Source: Macrostomum lignano
Lineage: Eukaryota
Reading direction: 5' to 3'
NCBI GenBank assembly: GCA_002269645.1
Contig: NIVC01001346.1
Span: 62,001 to 126,000, forward strand
DNA: 64,000 nucleotides
The translations under genes were made by a program, and so were the position numbers. The notes under the pieces were generated by a model. That model did no database searches. It saw only the letters and a list, made by a program, of their open reading frames with translations, and was not told the origin of the DNA. Shown here piece by piece: positions 50,859 through 64,000 of this stretch (positions are counted from its first letter, which is position 1; every line of letters starts with the position of its first letter).

Positions 50859-51912
50859 CAGTCGAATCCAGCACTTTGTTCTCCGAGGACATGAACTGTT
50901 CGCACATTGTTGTTTTGCCAACTCGCGGTGCGCCCATCACCTGCACTCTGTAGGACTGGCACGGACTGCAGGACGGCAGGGTGTACAGGATGGGCACCGC
51001 GCTCACCGGCGGAGCGGCCGCGCCGCCCTCAGCCGCGCAGCCGCAGTTGCCGACGCTGCCGGCTCCGCCAGAGGCCGCCGAGCTGCTGCGCCGCCTGTCC
51101 TGCTGCTGGAGCTGCTGGTGCAGTCGAGAGTCGGAGCCCCCTGACCCGATGGCTACCGCTGGCACCTCCATGAAGGCCGTCTGCGGCTGCTGCTGAGGCT
51201 GCTGAGCCGGCCGGAGTTCCAGCTCGCTGCCTCCGGCGGAGCTGTTATTCAAGCTGCAGTTGCTGCGAGCTTTGCGCACCTCGTCGCCCTGGTTCACCAG
51301 GCCGTGCTTCGTCCGTTTGAAGCTGCGCACCCTGACCAGCTGCTCCCGCGGCTCCGGCAGCTCCAGAGTTTCACCTTCGCGCGGGCCGCCCATCCGCTCC
51401 TTGACGCTGCCATGCAGCCGCCGGCCGGACATGCTGTTGGCTCGGGGCCTGTCAGATTCCTCGGCTGGTGCCTCTGCGGTTGAAGCCGCCGCCGCTGCTG
51501 CCGCAGCTGATGAAGTGGCGAATGCGTTGGCCGCTACCGAAGCTGTGGACTCGGGAAACGCCGAACGCCTCCTGTTGTGCCTGCAGGAAGCCGAGCGGTT
51601 GTGCCTGCAGAGTTGCTGCTGAGGCTGCTGTAGCTGTAGCTGCTGCTTCCTGTCTGCCGCCGTCGGGGCCGCTTCAGCCGATGCCGCCGATGCCGTGGCC
51701 TGCTGCAAGTCCTGGACCCACTCGCCCACTCGCTCTTCCGCGGCCGGTCTTAATCCTCCGGTAGCGGCGGCGGCAGCGGCGGGGCGATTGGCCAGGCGCC
51801 AATACAAATCAAACTCGTCGTCGCCGTGACCTCGGCCGGCCAACAGCAGCTGGCCGCGGCTCTCGGCGTGTACAGTAGCCCGCCTGGCCCCGCTGCGCCG
51901 GGGAGAGGCCAT
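50859..51912 (-). CDS. Rgk: RGK-family GTPase exon 1 (long N-terminal extension and G1 P-loop)
   Basis: ATG at 51912; contains VRVRSFKRTKHGLVNQGD (invertebrate RGK N-terminal motif as recalled) and YRVQVMGAPRVGKTT; donor ACTG|gtgagc (phase 1). Four exons total 1617 nt = 538 aa plus stop. Confidence 0.9.
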
Positions 51913-52589
51913 GCAGAGGAGGGGACGGGAGACGACAGGGGGAAGGAGGAGGGTAGCAGCGGGGGCAGAGCGGAGAATGGGAAGGAATCCAACAGGATAG
52001 GGGGGGGGGGTGCGTAGAACCGTCTAGCAGGACCGGTTTTGGGTGGGACGCCGACTGCGACACACCTTATAGCCTGGCTGTTGCTGCAATGGGGAAACAG
52101 AGAGAGGAGTTGGACTTGGACCGGTTCTCTTCGGCTTCACTGAAAGCAGCAGTGGACTTTCTTCTTCGTGTACCCCCTCTCTCTCTCTCCCTCTTTGATT
52201 GCAATAGCTGACAGTTGTTGGGTCGCCTGTTTTATGAAAAATGGCCGCTCCACTTGCCTGCTTTTGCATGCCTTGCTTTGGCGAGAAAAAAGCAGCTTAG
52301 CTAGCGGTGCTTTTTTGTCTACCTGGCTCCTTTTTTGCTTGAGCAAAAATTCTCTCCTTGAGGCAGATGTGTTCTACAATTTTCTTTTTTGCTTTGCAAG
52401 CTGAAGGGAGCCCCCGTGACCCGACATGAAAAAAATCGATATTTGCAGAAAATCACGCAAAAATTTCTCGACTTTCTTAAATCTCAATTGATCTCCATAT
52501 ATTTTTACTATAGATCTCGTGTCCATTATCTGTGTGTCTCACATCTATTCTCTATCTATCCTGTATCAACTGTTGATCTATATCCTATC

Positions 52590-52935
52590 TAATCTGTATC
52601 CATCTTGTGTCTATTCTATATCCATCTCGTGTCTATTCTGTATCCATCTCGTGTCTATTCTGTATCCATCTCGTGTCTATTCTGTATCCATCTCGTGTCT
52701 ATTCTGTATCCATCTCGTGTCTATTCTGTATCCATCTCGTGTCTATTCTGTATCCATCTCGTGTCTATTCTGAATCCATCTCGTGTCTATTCTGTATCCA
52801 TCTCATGTCTATTCTGTATCCATCTCGTGTCTATTCTGTATCTATCTCGTGTCTAATCTGTATCTATCTCGTGTCTATTCTGTATCCATCTCGTGTCTAA
52901 TCTGTATCTATCTCGTGTCTAATCTGTATCCATCT
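52590..52935. repeat. 22-bp minisatellite (ATCCATCTCGTGTCTATTCTGT)n
   Basis: Direct inspection. Confidence 0.95.
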
Positions 52936-53419
52936 CCATTTTATTTCAGTAAGCCATAATTACTCGTCGCCCGCGAAGCTCCCAAGCGGAACAGAGCCGC
53001 ACCAACCCGCGATCCATAATTTGCGCCTTCCCCTTCCTCGGGAGGGAAATTTGGTGGCAAAATCCTCCCCCACCCCGACACCCTCCGTGAGAACCTCGAA
53101 TTGCTCGTTGTCAGGGAAACCAGGGGGAGCGGGTAGAGATGCGGAAATGACTCTCATCGATCAATAGCGGAACCGCAAGCTCCCCTGGACCTCGCACCTT
53201 CCATTTTTGACAGAGTTCAGAATACAGAAAATTGCTCTATCACAGCTCAGCGCTGCTCGCCAGCCCGGCTCATTTGCATGCGGCAGGATTTTCGCTCTGG
53301 TGCATCATTATTAACTGGGCGCTGGATTTAACTCAACCATTTCAGAATTCAGCACTGCATGCACTGATCTATATATGCAATTTTTACTGCTTCTACGGCT
53401 CTGTTGCCCCTTTTCTCTT

Positions 53420-54290
53420 CTACTACTCCCGAGCGCTATCTCTTCTATTCCCCACCCCTGTCTCTTCTACTCCCCACCGCTATCTCTTCTATTCCCTACC
53501 GCTATCCCTTCTACTCCCCACCCACCCCCATCTCTTCTACTCCCCACCCACCCCATCTCTTCTACTGCCCACCGCTATCTCTTCTACTCCCCACCCCTAT
53601 CTCTTCTACTCCCCACCGCTATCCCTTCTACTCCCCACCGCTAACTCTTCTACTCCCCACCGCTATCCCTTCTACTCCCCACCCCTATCTCTTCTACTCC
53701 TCACCCCTATCTCTTCTACTCCCCACCGCTATCCCTTCTACTCCCCACCCCTATCTCTTCTACTCCCCACCGCTATCTCTTCTACTCCCTCCCTTCCACT
53801 ACTATCTCTTCTACTCCCCACCGCTATCTCTTCTACTCCCTCCCTTCCACTACTATCTCTTCTACTCCCCACCGCTATCTCTTCTACTCCCTCCCTTCCA
53901 CTACTATCTCTTCTACTCCCCACCGCTATCTCTTCTACTCCCCACCCACCCCATCTCTTCTACTCCCCACCGCTATCTCTTCTACTCCCTCCCTTCCACT
54001 ACTATCTCTTCTACTCCCCACCCACCCCAATCTCTTCTACTCCCCACCGCTATCTCTTATACTCCCCACCGCTATCTCTTCTACTCCCCACCCACCCCAA
54101 TCTCTTCTACTCCCCACCGCTATCTCTTATACTCCCCACCGCTATCTCTTCTACTCCCCACCCACCCCAATCTCTTCTACTCCCCACCCCTATCTCTTCT
54201 ACTCCCCATTGCTATCTCTTCTACTCCCCACTGCTATCTCTTCTACTCCTCACTCCTATCTATTCTACTTCCACCGCTATCTCTTCGTTA
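53420..54290. repeat. Minisatellite of about 22 bp (CTATCTCTTCTACTCCCCACCG)n
   Basis: Direct inspection. Confidence 0.92.
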
Positions 54291-55634
54291 TCTCTCTCTC
54301 CATATCTCTACTACAAATACTCTGCATGCAATCCTTGAAAGAAAGCATATTTTCAAAGCAATTAATACAAAAAAAGAGAAGTGACCCGCATGCGCCAATT
54401 CCGTCCCGAAGCCCAGTCAATAATCCCTGACTGACCAATTTCGAATTCTTAACCTCCATTCACTAGCGAAAACTGAGAATCTGACGAATTTACAATTCAG
54501 CCCGCGCTCTGAGCTGCTGAATTTTGCCGAATGTCTGTCTTCCCTTTCTCCATCTCTGCCCCACAGAATCCTCCTTCATCCCTCGATCCGCATCTCAAAA
54601 GACGATTCAGCGAAGCTACCGAGAAACGAAGAATGTTGTTTGCATGGCAGTTCCCGCCTCATCATTTGCCCCAGCATCACTATTGCCGTCCCGTGTCTGA
54701 TGTGGGGTGAGGCTGGGGGAGGGAGGCGGGGCTAGGCTAGGATTATTCCTATGAAATCCGACTGCTGGGAAAATGCGACCGGATTAAGCGGAGTTGTCGC
54801 GCCGCGATCGTGTGGGAGATTGCGGTGGGGGGGCGGCCCTGGATCGGATTCAAAATCCACCCCTTTCCCAATCACAGCGCAAAAGGAGAGATTTTTTGGG
54901 GGCAACAAACGGAACAGCAGCTGAGGATTTAATGCCCTCTATCGCTTCTTTGCAAAACCGCATTTCTTGCTTTCTATTACTTCCAAGCTTGTAAAATCGG
55001 TCGTAAATTTAAGCATACAGAGTGCATTGTTATCCTCTGATCTTCTGTAGCCTTGCATTGCCTCGCATCCTTCTACCCGACTACAAATCGGGATGTATAG
55101 GAGAGAGAAAGAAACAGGAGAAAAGATGCAAGGGGGAGTTCAGAAGCCGCACGGCTGTTAAGGTCCAGCTATACTTCCCAAAATGGGATTCCTTCCACAT
55201 CATCCTGCAGACGCGGTCTGGCAGAAGGACAAAGAAGGGCAAGAATGATGGGGGCATATCCGCATCGGTAGTCGACGGGATATGGGAGAAAATATTGCAA
55301 TACGTCTGTATAGCTATCGTTATCTGTGTAGCAAATTAGTAGTATTTTAGACCCTTGAAACTATCGTTAAAACTTGCTAAAATAGTGATTTTATACAGCC
55401 TTATAAAGAAGCGCTTTACTGTTTACACTACTATGTAAGTAGACTGCTGCAAAATCGTTAGCTCGAAATGAAAAAATTAACAATAGTTTAACATTTTTTC
55501 AAATATTTTTTGAAAGCTTTAATATCAACTCATATAAAGTTACTGCAATCTTTTATATATGATTTTTTTGTCTTTGTGCCCATTTGTGCCGGCCGATGTA
55601 TGAAAAGTTAACAAGAAAATAGTTGGAAAGTCTG

Positions 55635-56515
55635 AGATCGGATAGACATCAGATAGAGATCGGACAAAGATCGGATAGGGATCGGATAGAGATCGGATAG
55701 AGATCGGATAGAGATCGGATAGAGATCCGATAGAGATCCGATAGAGATCGGATAGAGATCGGATAGAGATCAGATAGAGATCCGATAGAGATCAGATAGA
55801 AATCGGACAAAGATCGGATAGGGATCGGATAGAGATCGGATAGAGATCGGATAGAGATCGGATAGAGATCGGATAGAGATCGGATAGAGATTAGATAGAG
55901 ATCGGATAGAGATCGGATAGAGATCGGATAGAGATCGGATAGACATCAGATAGAGATCGGACAAAGATCGGATAGGGATCGGATAGAGATCGGATAGAGA
56001 TCGGATAGAGATCGGATAGAGATCCGATAGAGATCGGATAGAGATCGGATAGAGATTAGATAGAGATCGGATAGAGATTAGATAGAGATCGGATAGAGAT
56101 CAGATAGAGATCGGATAGACATCAGATAGAGATCGGACAAAGATCGGATAGGGATCGGATAGAGATCGGATAGAGATCGGATAGAGATCGGATAGAGATC
56201 CGATAGAGATCCGATAGAGATCGGATAGAGATCGGATAGAGATTAGATAGAGATCGGATAGAGATTAGATAGAGATCGGATAGAGATCCGATAGAGATCA
56301 GATAGAAATCGGACAAAGATCGGATAGGGATCGGATAGAGATCGGATAGAGATCGGATAGAGATCGGATAGAGATCGGATAGAGATCGGATAGAGATTAG
56401 ATAGAGATCGGATAGAGATCGGATAGAGATCGGATAGAGATCGGATAGAGATCGGACACAGATGGGATAGAGTTCGGATAGAGATCGGATAGAGATCGGA
56501 CACAGATGGGATAGA
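55635..56515. repeat. 11-bp minisatellite (AGAGATCGGAT)n
   Basis: Direct inspection. Confidence 0.95.
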
Positions 56516-57249
56516 TGACGAAGTGATCTATGATGATTAGAAAATGGGGATTTAAAAGAGCCGGTCGCCAAAGCCGCCATAAAATACAATATCCGGCGGC
56601 ACGCCTCGATCCCCTGATCCCCATCTCCATTATTCGGCAGCTTCCCAGCCCGTCAGCCTCCAGCTTAGCGAGGGGATTAAATTATAGTTTTTCTATTTCT
56701 CTATCAGTTTCTGGGATTTCGGGACTGGCATGGGGGGATTTATTTGAGCCCTCGCAGAGGGAGGGAGGGACAGAAAACTTTTTGGGCTCATTCGAAGCAG
56801 CTCGAGGATTTTATTCCTCAGAATGAGGTCCCGCAGCACAGTATACTGACCCTGGTATACTAGTATAGGATAGTGGCCCAGCGAAATTCTGCCTCTGAAC
56901 TGTGCGGGTAGTGCTGAGTTTTCCGATAGATTGGGCCGCCCTGTAGCCTCATCAATATTTCAGGTAGCTGTGAGGATCTCGCCGAAGCGAAATACCACAC
57001 TTGTGCTGGGCCTGCAGATTCAAGATGCCGGCCAGGACTCTGAGGAGTCTGGGGTGGTTAGCAGAGCAAAACAATATATTACAGTATTCCTAATTCGGCT
57101 GGCTAATCTGGTATTGACTGCGTGACCTAGTTTTTTTCTTTTATTTGAGTAGATTTCTGCTTGAGATGGCAGACTGTCGCGCCAGATTGGTTTGAATATT
57201 TTTGCTGCAGTTAAAACTGGCAGTGCCTCCCGGCAGTTTCTTAAGCCTG

Positions 57250-60200
57250 CAGATTCTTTCTGTAGATTCTCTTAGCTATCAGATTCTTTCTGTAGATTCT
57301 CCCAGCTAGCAGATTCTTTCTGTAGATTCTCCCAGCTAGCAGATTCTTTCTGTAGATTCTCTTAGCTAGCAGATTCTTTCTGTAGATTCTCCCAGCTATA
57401 GCAGATTCTTTCTGTAGATTCTCCCAGCTATAGCAGATTCTTTCTGTAGATTCACTCAGCTAGCAGATTCTTTCTGTAGATTCTCCCAGCTATAGCAGAT
57501 TCTTTCTGTAGATTCTCCCAGCCTGCAGATTCTTTCTGTAGATTCTCCCAGCTAGCAGATTCTTTCTGTAGATTCTCCCAGCTATAGCAGATTCTTTCTG
57601 TAGATTCTCCCAGCTACAGCAGATTCTTTCTGTAGATTCTCCCAGCTATAGCAGATTCTTTCTGTAGATTCTCCCAGCCTGCAGATTCTTTCTGTAGATT
57701 CTCTTAGCTATCAGATTCTTTCTGTAGATTCTCTTAGCTAGCAGATTCTTTCTGTAGATTCTCTTAGCTAGCAGATTCTTTCTGTAGATTCTCTTAGCTA
57801 GCAGATTCTTTCTGTAGATTCACTTAGCTATCAGATTCTTTCTGTAGATTCTCTTAGCTATCAGATTCTTTCTGTAGATTCACTTAGCTAGCAGATTCTG
57901 TCTGTAGATTCTCTTAGCTAGCAGATTCTTTCTGAAGATCCTCCCAGCCAGCAGATTCTTTCTGTAGATTCTCCCAGCTATAGCAGATTCTTTCTGTAGA
58001 TTCTCTTAGCTAGCAGATTCTTTCTGAAGATCCTCCCAGCCAGCAGATTCTTTCTGTAGATTCTCCCAGCTATAGCAGATTCTTTCTGTAGATTCTCCCA
58101 GCTATAGCAGATTCTTTCTGTAGATTCTCCCAGCTATAGCAGATTCTTTCTGTAGATTCTCCCAGCCTGCAGATTCTTTCTGTAGATTCTCCCAGCTATA
58201 GAAGATTCTTTCTGTAGATTCTCCCAGCTATAGCAGAGTCTTTCTGTAGATTCTCTTAGCTAGCAGATTCTTTCTGTACATTCTCTTAGCTATCAGATTC
58301 TTTCTGTAGATTCTCTTAGCTATCAGATTCTTTCTGTAGATTCTCTTAGCTATAGCAGATTCTTTCTGTAGATTCTCTTAGCTAGCAGATTCTTTCTGTA
58401 GATTCTCTTAGCTAGCAGATTCTTTCTGTAGATTCTCCCAGCTATAGCAGATTCTTTCTGTAGATTCTCTTAGCTATAGCAGATTCTTTCTGTAGATTCT
58501 CTTAGCTATCAGATTCTTTCTGTAGATTCTCCCAGCTACAGCAGATTCTTTCTGTAGATTCTCCCAGCTATAGCAGATTCTTTCTGTAGATTCTCCCAGC
58601 TATAGCAGATTCTTTCTGTAGATTCTCATAGCTAGCAGATTCTTTCTGTAGATTCACTTAGCTAGCAGATTCTTTCTGTAGATTCTCCCAGCTATAGCAG
58701 ATTCTTTCTGTAGATTCTCCCAGCTATAGCAGATTCTTTCTGTAGATTCTCCCAGCTATAGCAGATTCTTTCTGTAGATTCTCCCAGCTATAGCAGATTC
58801 TTTCTGTAGATTCTCCCAGCTACAGCAGATTCTTTCTGTAGATTCTCCCAGCTACAGCAGATTCTTTCTGTAGATTCACTTAGCTAGCAGATTCTTTCTG
58901 AAGATCCTCCCAGCCAGCAGATTCTTTCTGTAGATTCTCCCAGCTATAGCAGATTCTTTCTGTAGATTCTCCCAGCTATAGCAGATTCTTTCTGTAGATT
59001 CTCCCAGCTATAGCAGATTCTTTCTGTAGATTCTCCCAGCCTGCAGATTCTTTCTGTAGATTCTCCCAGCTATAGAAGATTCTTTCTGTAGATTCTCCCA
59101 GCTATAGCAGAGTCTTTCTGTAGATTCTCTTAGCTAGCAGATTCTTTCTGTACATTCTCTTAGCTATCAGATTCTTTCTGTAGATTCTCTTAGCTATCAG
59201 ATTCTTTCTGTAGATTCTCTTAGCTATAGCAGATTCTTTCTGTAGATTCTCTTAGCTAGCAGATTCTTTCTGTAGATTCTCTTAGCTAGCAGATTCTTTC
59301 TGTAGATTCTCCCAGCTATAGCAGATTCTTTCTGTAGATTCTCTTAGCTATTGCAGATTCTTTCTGTAGATTCTCTTAGCTATCAGATTCTTTCTGTAGA
59401 TTCTCCCAGCTACAGCAGATTCTTTCTGTAGATTCTCCCAGCTATAGCAGATTCTTTCTGTAGATTCTCCCAGCTATAGCAGATTCTTTCTGTAGATTCT
59501 CATAGCTAGCAGATTCTTTCTGTAGATTCACTTAGCTAGCAGATTCTTTCTGTAGATTCTCCCAGCTATAGCAGATTCTTTCTGTAGATTCTCCCAGCTA
59601 TAGCAGATTCTTTCTGTAGATTCTCCCAGCTATAGCAGATTCTTTCTGTAGATTCTCCCAGCTATAGCAGATTCTTTCTGTAGATTCTCCCAGCTACAGC
59701 AGATTCTTTCTGTAGATTCTACCAGCTACAGCAGATTCTTTCTGTAGATTCACTTAGCTATAGCAGATTCTTTCTGTAGATTCTCCCAGCTATAGCAGAT
59801 TCTTTCTGTAGATTCTCCCAGCTATAGCAGATTCTTTCTGTAGATTCTCCCAGCTATAGCAGATTCTTTCTGTAGATTCTCCCAGCTACAGCAGATTCTT
59901 TCTGTAGATTCTCTTAGCTATAGCAGATTCTTTCTGTAGATTCACTCAGCTATAGCAGATTCTTTCTGTAGATTCTCTTAGCTAGCAGATTCTTTCTGTA
60001 GATTCTCTTAGCTATCAGATTCTTTCTGTAGATTCTCTTAGCTATAGCAGATTCTTTCTGTAGATTCTCTTAGCTATAGCAGATTCTTTCTGTAGATTCT
60101 CCCAGCTACAGCAGATTCTTTCTGTAGATTCTCCCAGCCTGCAGATTCTTTCTGTAGATTCTCTTAGCTATAGCAGATTCTTTCTGTAGATTCTCTTAGC

Positions 60201-63200
60201 TATCAGATTCTTTCTGTAGATTCTCTTAGCTATAGCAGATTCTTTCTGTAGATTCTCTTAGCTATAGCAGATTCTTTCTGTAGATTCTCCCAGCTATAGC
60301 AGATTCTTTCTGTAGATTCTCTTAGCTATCAGATTCTTTCTGTAGATTATCCCAGCTATAGCAGATTCTTTCTGTAGATTCTCTTAGCTATCAGATTCTT
60401 TCTGTAGATTCTCTTAGCTATAGCAGATTCTTTCTGTAGATTCTCTTAGCTATAGCAGATTCTTTCTGTAGATTCTCCCAGCTATAGCAGATTCTTTCTG
60501 TAGATTCTCTTAGCTATCAGATTCTTTCTGTAGATTCTCCCAGCTATAGCAGATTCTTTCTGTAGATTCTCTTAGCTATCAGATTCTTTCTGTAGATTCT
60601 CCCAGCCTGCAGATTCTTTCTGTAGATTCTCTTAGCTATAGCAGATTCTTTCTGTAGATTCTCCCAGCTATAGCAGATTCTTTCTGTAGATTCACTTAGC
60701 TATAGCAGATTCTTTCTGTAGATTCTCCCAGCTATAGCAGATTCTTTCTGTAGATTCTCCCAGCTATAGCAGATTCTTTCTGTAGATTCTCCCAGCTATA
60801 GCAGATTCTTTCTGTAGATTCTCCCAGCTACAGCAGATTCTTTCTGTAGATTCTCTTAGCTATAGCAGATTCTTTCTGTAGATTCACTTAGCTATAGCAG
60901 ATTCTTTCTGTAGATTCTCATAGCTAGCAGATTCTTTCTGTAGATTCTCTTAGCTATCAGATTCTTTCTGTAGATTCTCTTAGCTATAGCAGATTCTTTC
61001 TGTAGATTCTCTTAGCTAGCAGATTCTTTCTGTAGATTCTCATAGCTAGCAGATTCTTTCTGTAGATTCACTTAGCTAGCAGATTCTTTCTGTAGATTCT
61101 CCTAGCTATAGCAGATTCTTTCTGTAGATTCTCCCAGCTATAGCAGATTCTTTCTGTAGATTCTCCCAGCTATAGCAGATTCTTTCTGTAGATTCTCCCA
61201 GCTATAGCAGATTCTTTCTGTAGATTCTCCCAGCTACAGCAGATTCTTTCTGTAGATTCTCCCAGCTACAGCAGATTCTTTCTGTAGATTCACTTAGCTA
61301 TAGCAGATTCTTTCTGTAGATTCTCCCAGCTACAGCAGATTCTTTCTGTAGATTCTCTTAGCTATAGCAGATTCTTTCTGTAGATTCACTCAGCTATAGC
61401 AGATTCTTTCTGTAGATTCTCTTAGCTAGCAGATTCTTTCTGTAGATTCTCTTAGCTATCAGATTCTCTTAGCTATAGCAGATTCTTTCTGTAGATTCTC
61501 TTAGCTATCAGATTCTTTCTGTAGATTCTCCCAGCCTGCAGATTCTTTCTGTAGATTCTCTTAGCTATAGCAGATTCTTTCTGTAGATTCTCTTAGCTAT
61601 CAGATTCTTTCTGTAGATTCTCCCAGCTATAGCAGATTCTTTCTGTAGATTCTCTTAGCTAGCAGATTCTTTCTGTAGATTCTCTTAGCTATCAGATTCT
61701 TTCTGTAGATTCTCTTAGCTATAGCAGATTCTTTCTGTAGATTCTCTTAGCTATCAGATTCTTTCTGTAGATTCTCCCAGCTATAGCAGATTCTTTCTGT
61801 AGATTCTCCCAGCTATAGCAGATTCTTTCTGTAGATTCTCCCAGCTATAGCAGATTCTTTCTGTAGATTCTCCCAGCTACAGCAGATTCTTTCTGTAGAT
61901 TCTCTTAGCTATAGCAGATTCTTTCTGTAGATTCACTCAGCTATAGCAGATTCTTTCTGTAGATTCTCTTAGCTATCAGATTCTTTCTGTAGATTCTCCC
62001 AGCCTACAGATTCTTTCTGTAGATTCTCTTAGCTATAGCAGATTCTTTCTGTAGATTCTCTTAGCTATCAGATTCTTTCTGTAGATTCTCCCAGCTATAG
62101 CAGATTCTTTCTGTAGATTCTCTTAGCTAGCAGATTCTTTCTGTAGATTCTCTTAGCTATCAGATTCTTTCTGTAGATTCTCTTAGCTATAGCAGATTCT
62201 TTCTGTAGATTCTCCCAGCCTGCAGATTCTTTCTGTAGATTCTCCCAGCTAGCAGATTCTTTCTGTAGATTCTCCCAGCTATAGCAGATTCTTTCTGTAG
62301 ATTCTCCCAGCTACAGCAGATTCTTTCTGTAGATTCTCCCAGCTATAGCAGATTCTTTCTGTAGATTCTCCCAGCCTGCAGATTCTTTCTGTAGATTCTC
62401 TTAGCTATCAGATTCTTTCTGTAGATTCTCTTAGCTAGCAGATTCTTTCTGTAGATTCTCTTAGCTAGCAGATTCTTTCTGTAGATTCTCTTAGCTAGCA
62501 GATTCTTTCTGTAGATTCTCTTAGCTATCAGATTCTTTCTGTAGATTCTCTTAGCTATCAGATTCTTTCTGTAGATTCACTTAGCTAGCAGATTCTGTCT
62601 GTAGATTCTCTTAGCTAGCAGATTCTTTCTGAAGATCCTCCCAGCCAGCAGATTCTTTCTGTAGATTCTCCCAGCTATAGCAGATTCTTTCTGTAGATTC
62701 TCTTAGCTAGCAGATTCTTTCTGAAGATCCTCCCAGCCAGCAGATTCTTTCTGTAGATTCTCCCAGCTATAGCAGATTCTTTCTGTAGATTCTCCCAGCT
62801 ATAGCAGATTCTTTCTGTAGATTCTCCCAGCTATAGCAGATTCTTTCTGTAGATTCTCCCAGCCTGCAGATTCTTTCTGTAGATTCTCCCAGCTATAGAA
62901 GATTCTTTCTGTAGATTCTCCCAGCTATAGCAGAGTCTTTCTGTAGATTCTCTTAGCTAGCAGATTCTTTCTGTACATTCTCTTAGCTATCAGATTCTTT
63001 CTGTAGATTCTCTTAGCTATCAGATTCTTTCTGTAGATTCTCTTAGCTATAGCAGATTCTTTCTGTAGATTCTCTTAGCTATCAGATTCTTTCTGTAGAT
63101 TCTCCCAGCTACAGCAGATTCTTTCTGTAGATTCTCCCAGCTATAGCAGATTCTTTCTGTAGATTCTCTTAGCTATAGCAGATTCTTTCTGTAGATTCTC

Positions 63201-64000
63201 TTAGCTATCAGATTCTTTCTGTAGATTCTCCCAGCTACAGCAGATTCTTTCTGTAGATTCTCCCAGCTATAGCAGATTCTTTCTGTAGATTCTCCCAGCT
63301 ATAGCAGATTCTTTCTGTAGATTCTCATAGCTAGCAGATTCTTTCTGTAGATTCACTTAGCTAGCAGATTCTTTCTGTAGATTCTCCCAGCTATAGCAGA
63401 TTCTTTCTGTAGATTCTCCCAGCTATAGCAGATTCTTTCTGTAGATTCTCCCAGCTATAGCAGATTCTTTCTGTAGATTCTCCCAGCTATAGCAGATTCT
63501 TTCTGTAGATTCTCCCAGCTACAGCAGATTCTTTCTGTAGATTCTCCCAGCTACAGCAGATTCTTTCTGTAGATTCACTTAGCTAGCAGATTCTTTCTGA
63601 AGATCCTCCCAGCCAGCAGATTCTTTCTGTAGATTCTCCCAGCTATAGCAGATTCTTTCTGTAGATTCTCCCAGCTATAGCAGATTCTTTCTGTAGATTC
63701 TCCCAGCTATAGCAGATTCTTTCTGTAGATTCTCCCAGCCTGCAGATTCTTTCTGTAGATTCTCCCAGCTATAGAAGATTCTTTCTGTAGATTCTCCCAG
63801 CTATAGCAGAGTCTTTCTGTAGATTCTCTTAGCTAGCAGATTCTTTCTGTACATTCTCTTAGCTATCAGATTCTTTCTGTAGATTCTCTTAGCTATCAGA
63901 TTCTTTCTGTAGATTCTCTTAGCTATAGCAGATTCTTTCTGTAGATTCTCTTAGCTAGCAGATTCTTTCTGTAGATTCTCTTAGCTAGCAGATTCTTTCT
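57250..64000. repeat. 30/32-bp satellite (GCAGATTCTTTCTGTAGATTCTCCCAGCTATA)n with higher-order periodicities, continuing past the window
   Basis: Rare variant agagtc at 58235, 59109, 62932 and 63808. Confidence 0.97.

Noticed and set aside
53232-54384. Pro/Ser/Tyr-rich extensin-like ORFs
   Set aside because: Translation of a 22-bp pyrimidine-rich minisatellite

Overview
Animal (invertebrate) genomic DNA with short GC-rich exons, AT-rich spacers and roughly half the window made of about 40 different micro/minisatellite arrays. The style resembles the flatworm Macrostomum, but that is inference only. Most long ORFs in the supplied track are translations of these repeats. Splicing by hand (GT-AG sites, matching phases) gives five full gene models. 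(1) Minus strand, 5 exons, 378 aa: a syndecan whose ectodomain carries a thyroglobulin type-1 domain and a SEA domain, i.e. an EpCAM-like core between syndecan heparan-sulfate sites and a syndecan TM/EFYA tail. (2) Head-to-head with it, 385 bp away, a 3-exon Flattop/CFAP126, with an RFX X-box between the two genes. (3) A 2-exon, 267-aa disordered protein with SILK and RVxF PP1-docking motifs and a CaaX end that appears only after splicing. (4) A 4-exon FAM217-like protein of about 677 aa with a tandem Cys motif. (5) A 4-exon, 538-aa RGK GTPase with an atypical C-terminus. Also present: a Cys/Pro-rich terminal exon at the left edge, unresolved putative exons at 22-26 kb and 29.5 kb, a 230-bp MITE with an 8-bp TSD, and higher-order satellite structure. 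All family assignments come from remembered motifs; no database search was run. Repeat-array boundaries are approximate.
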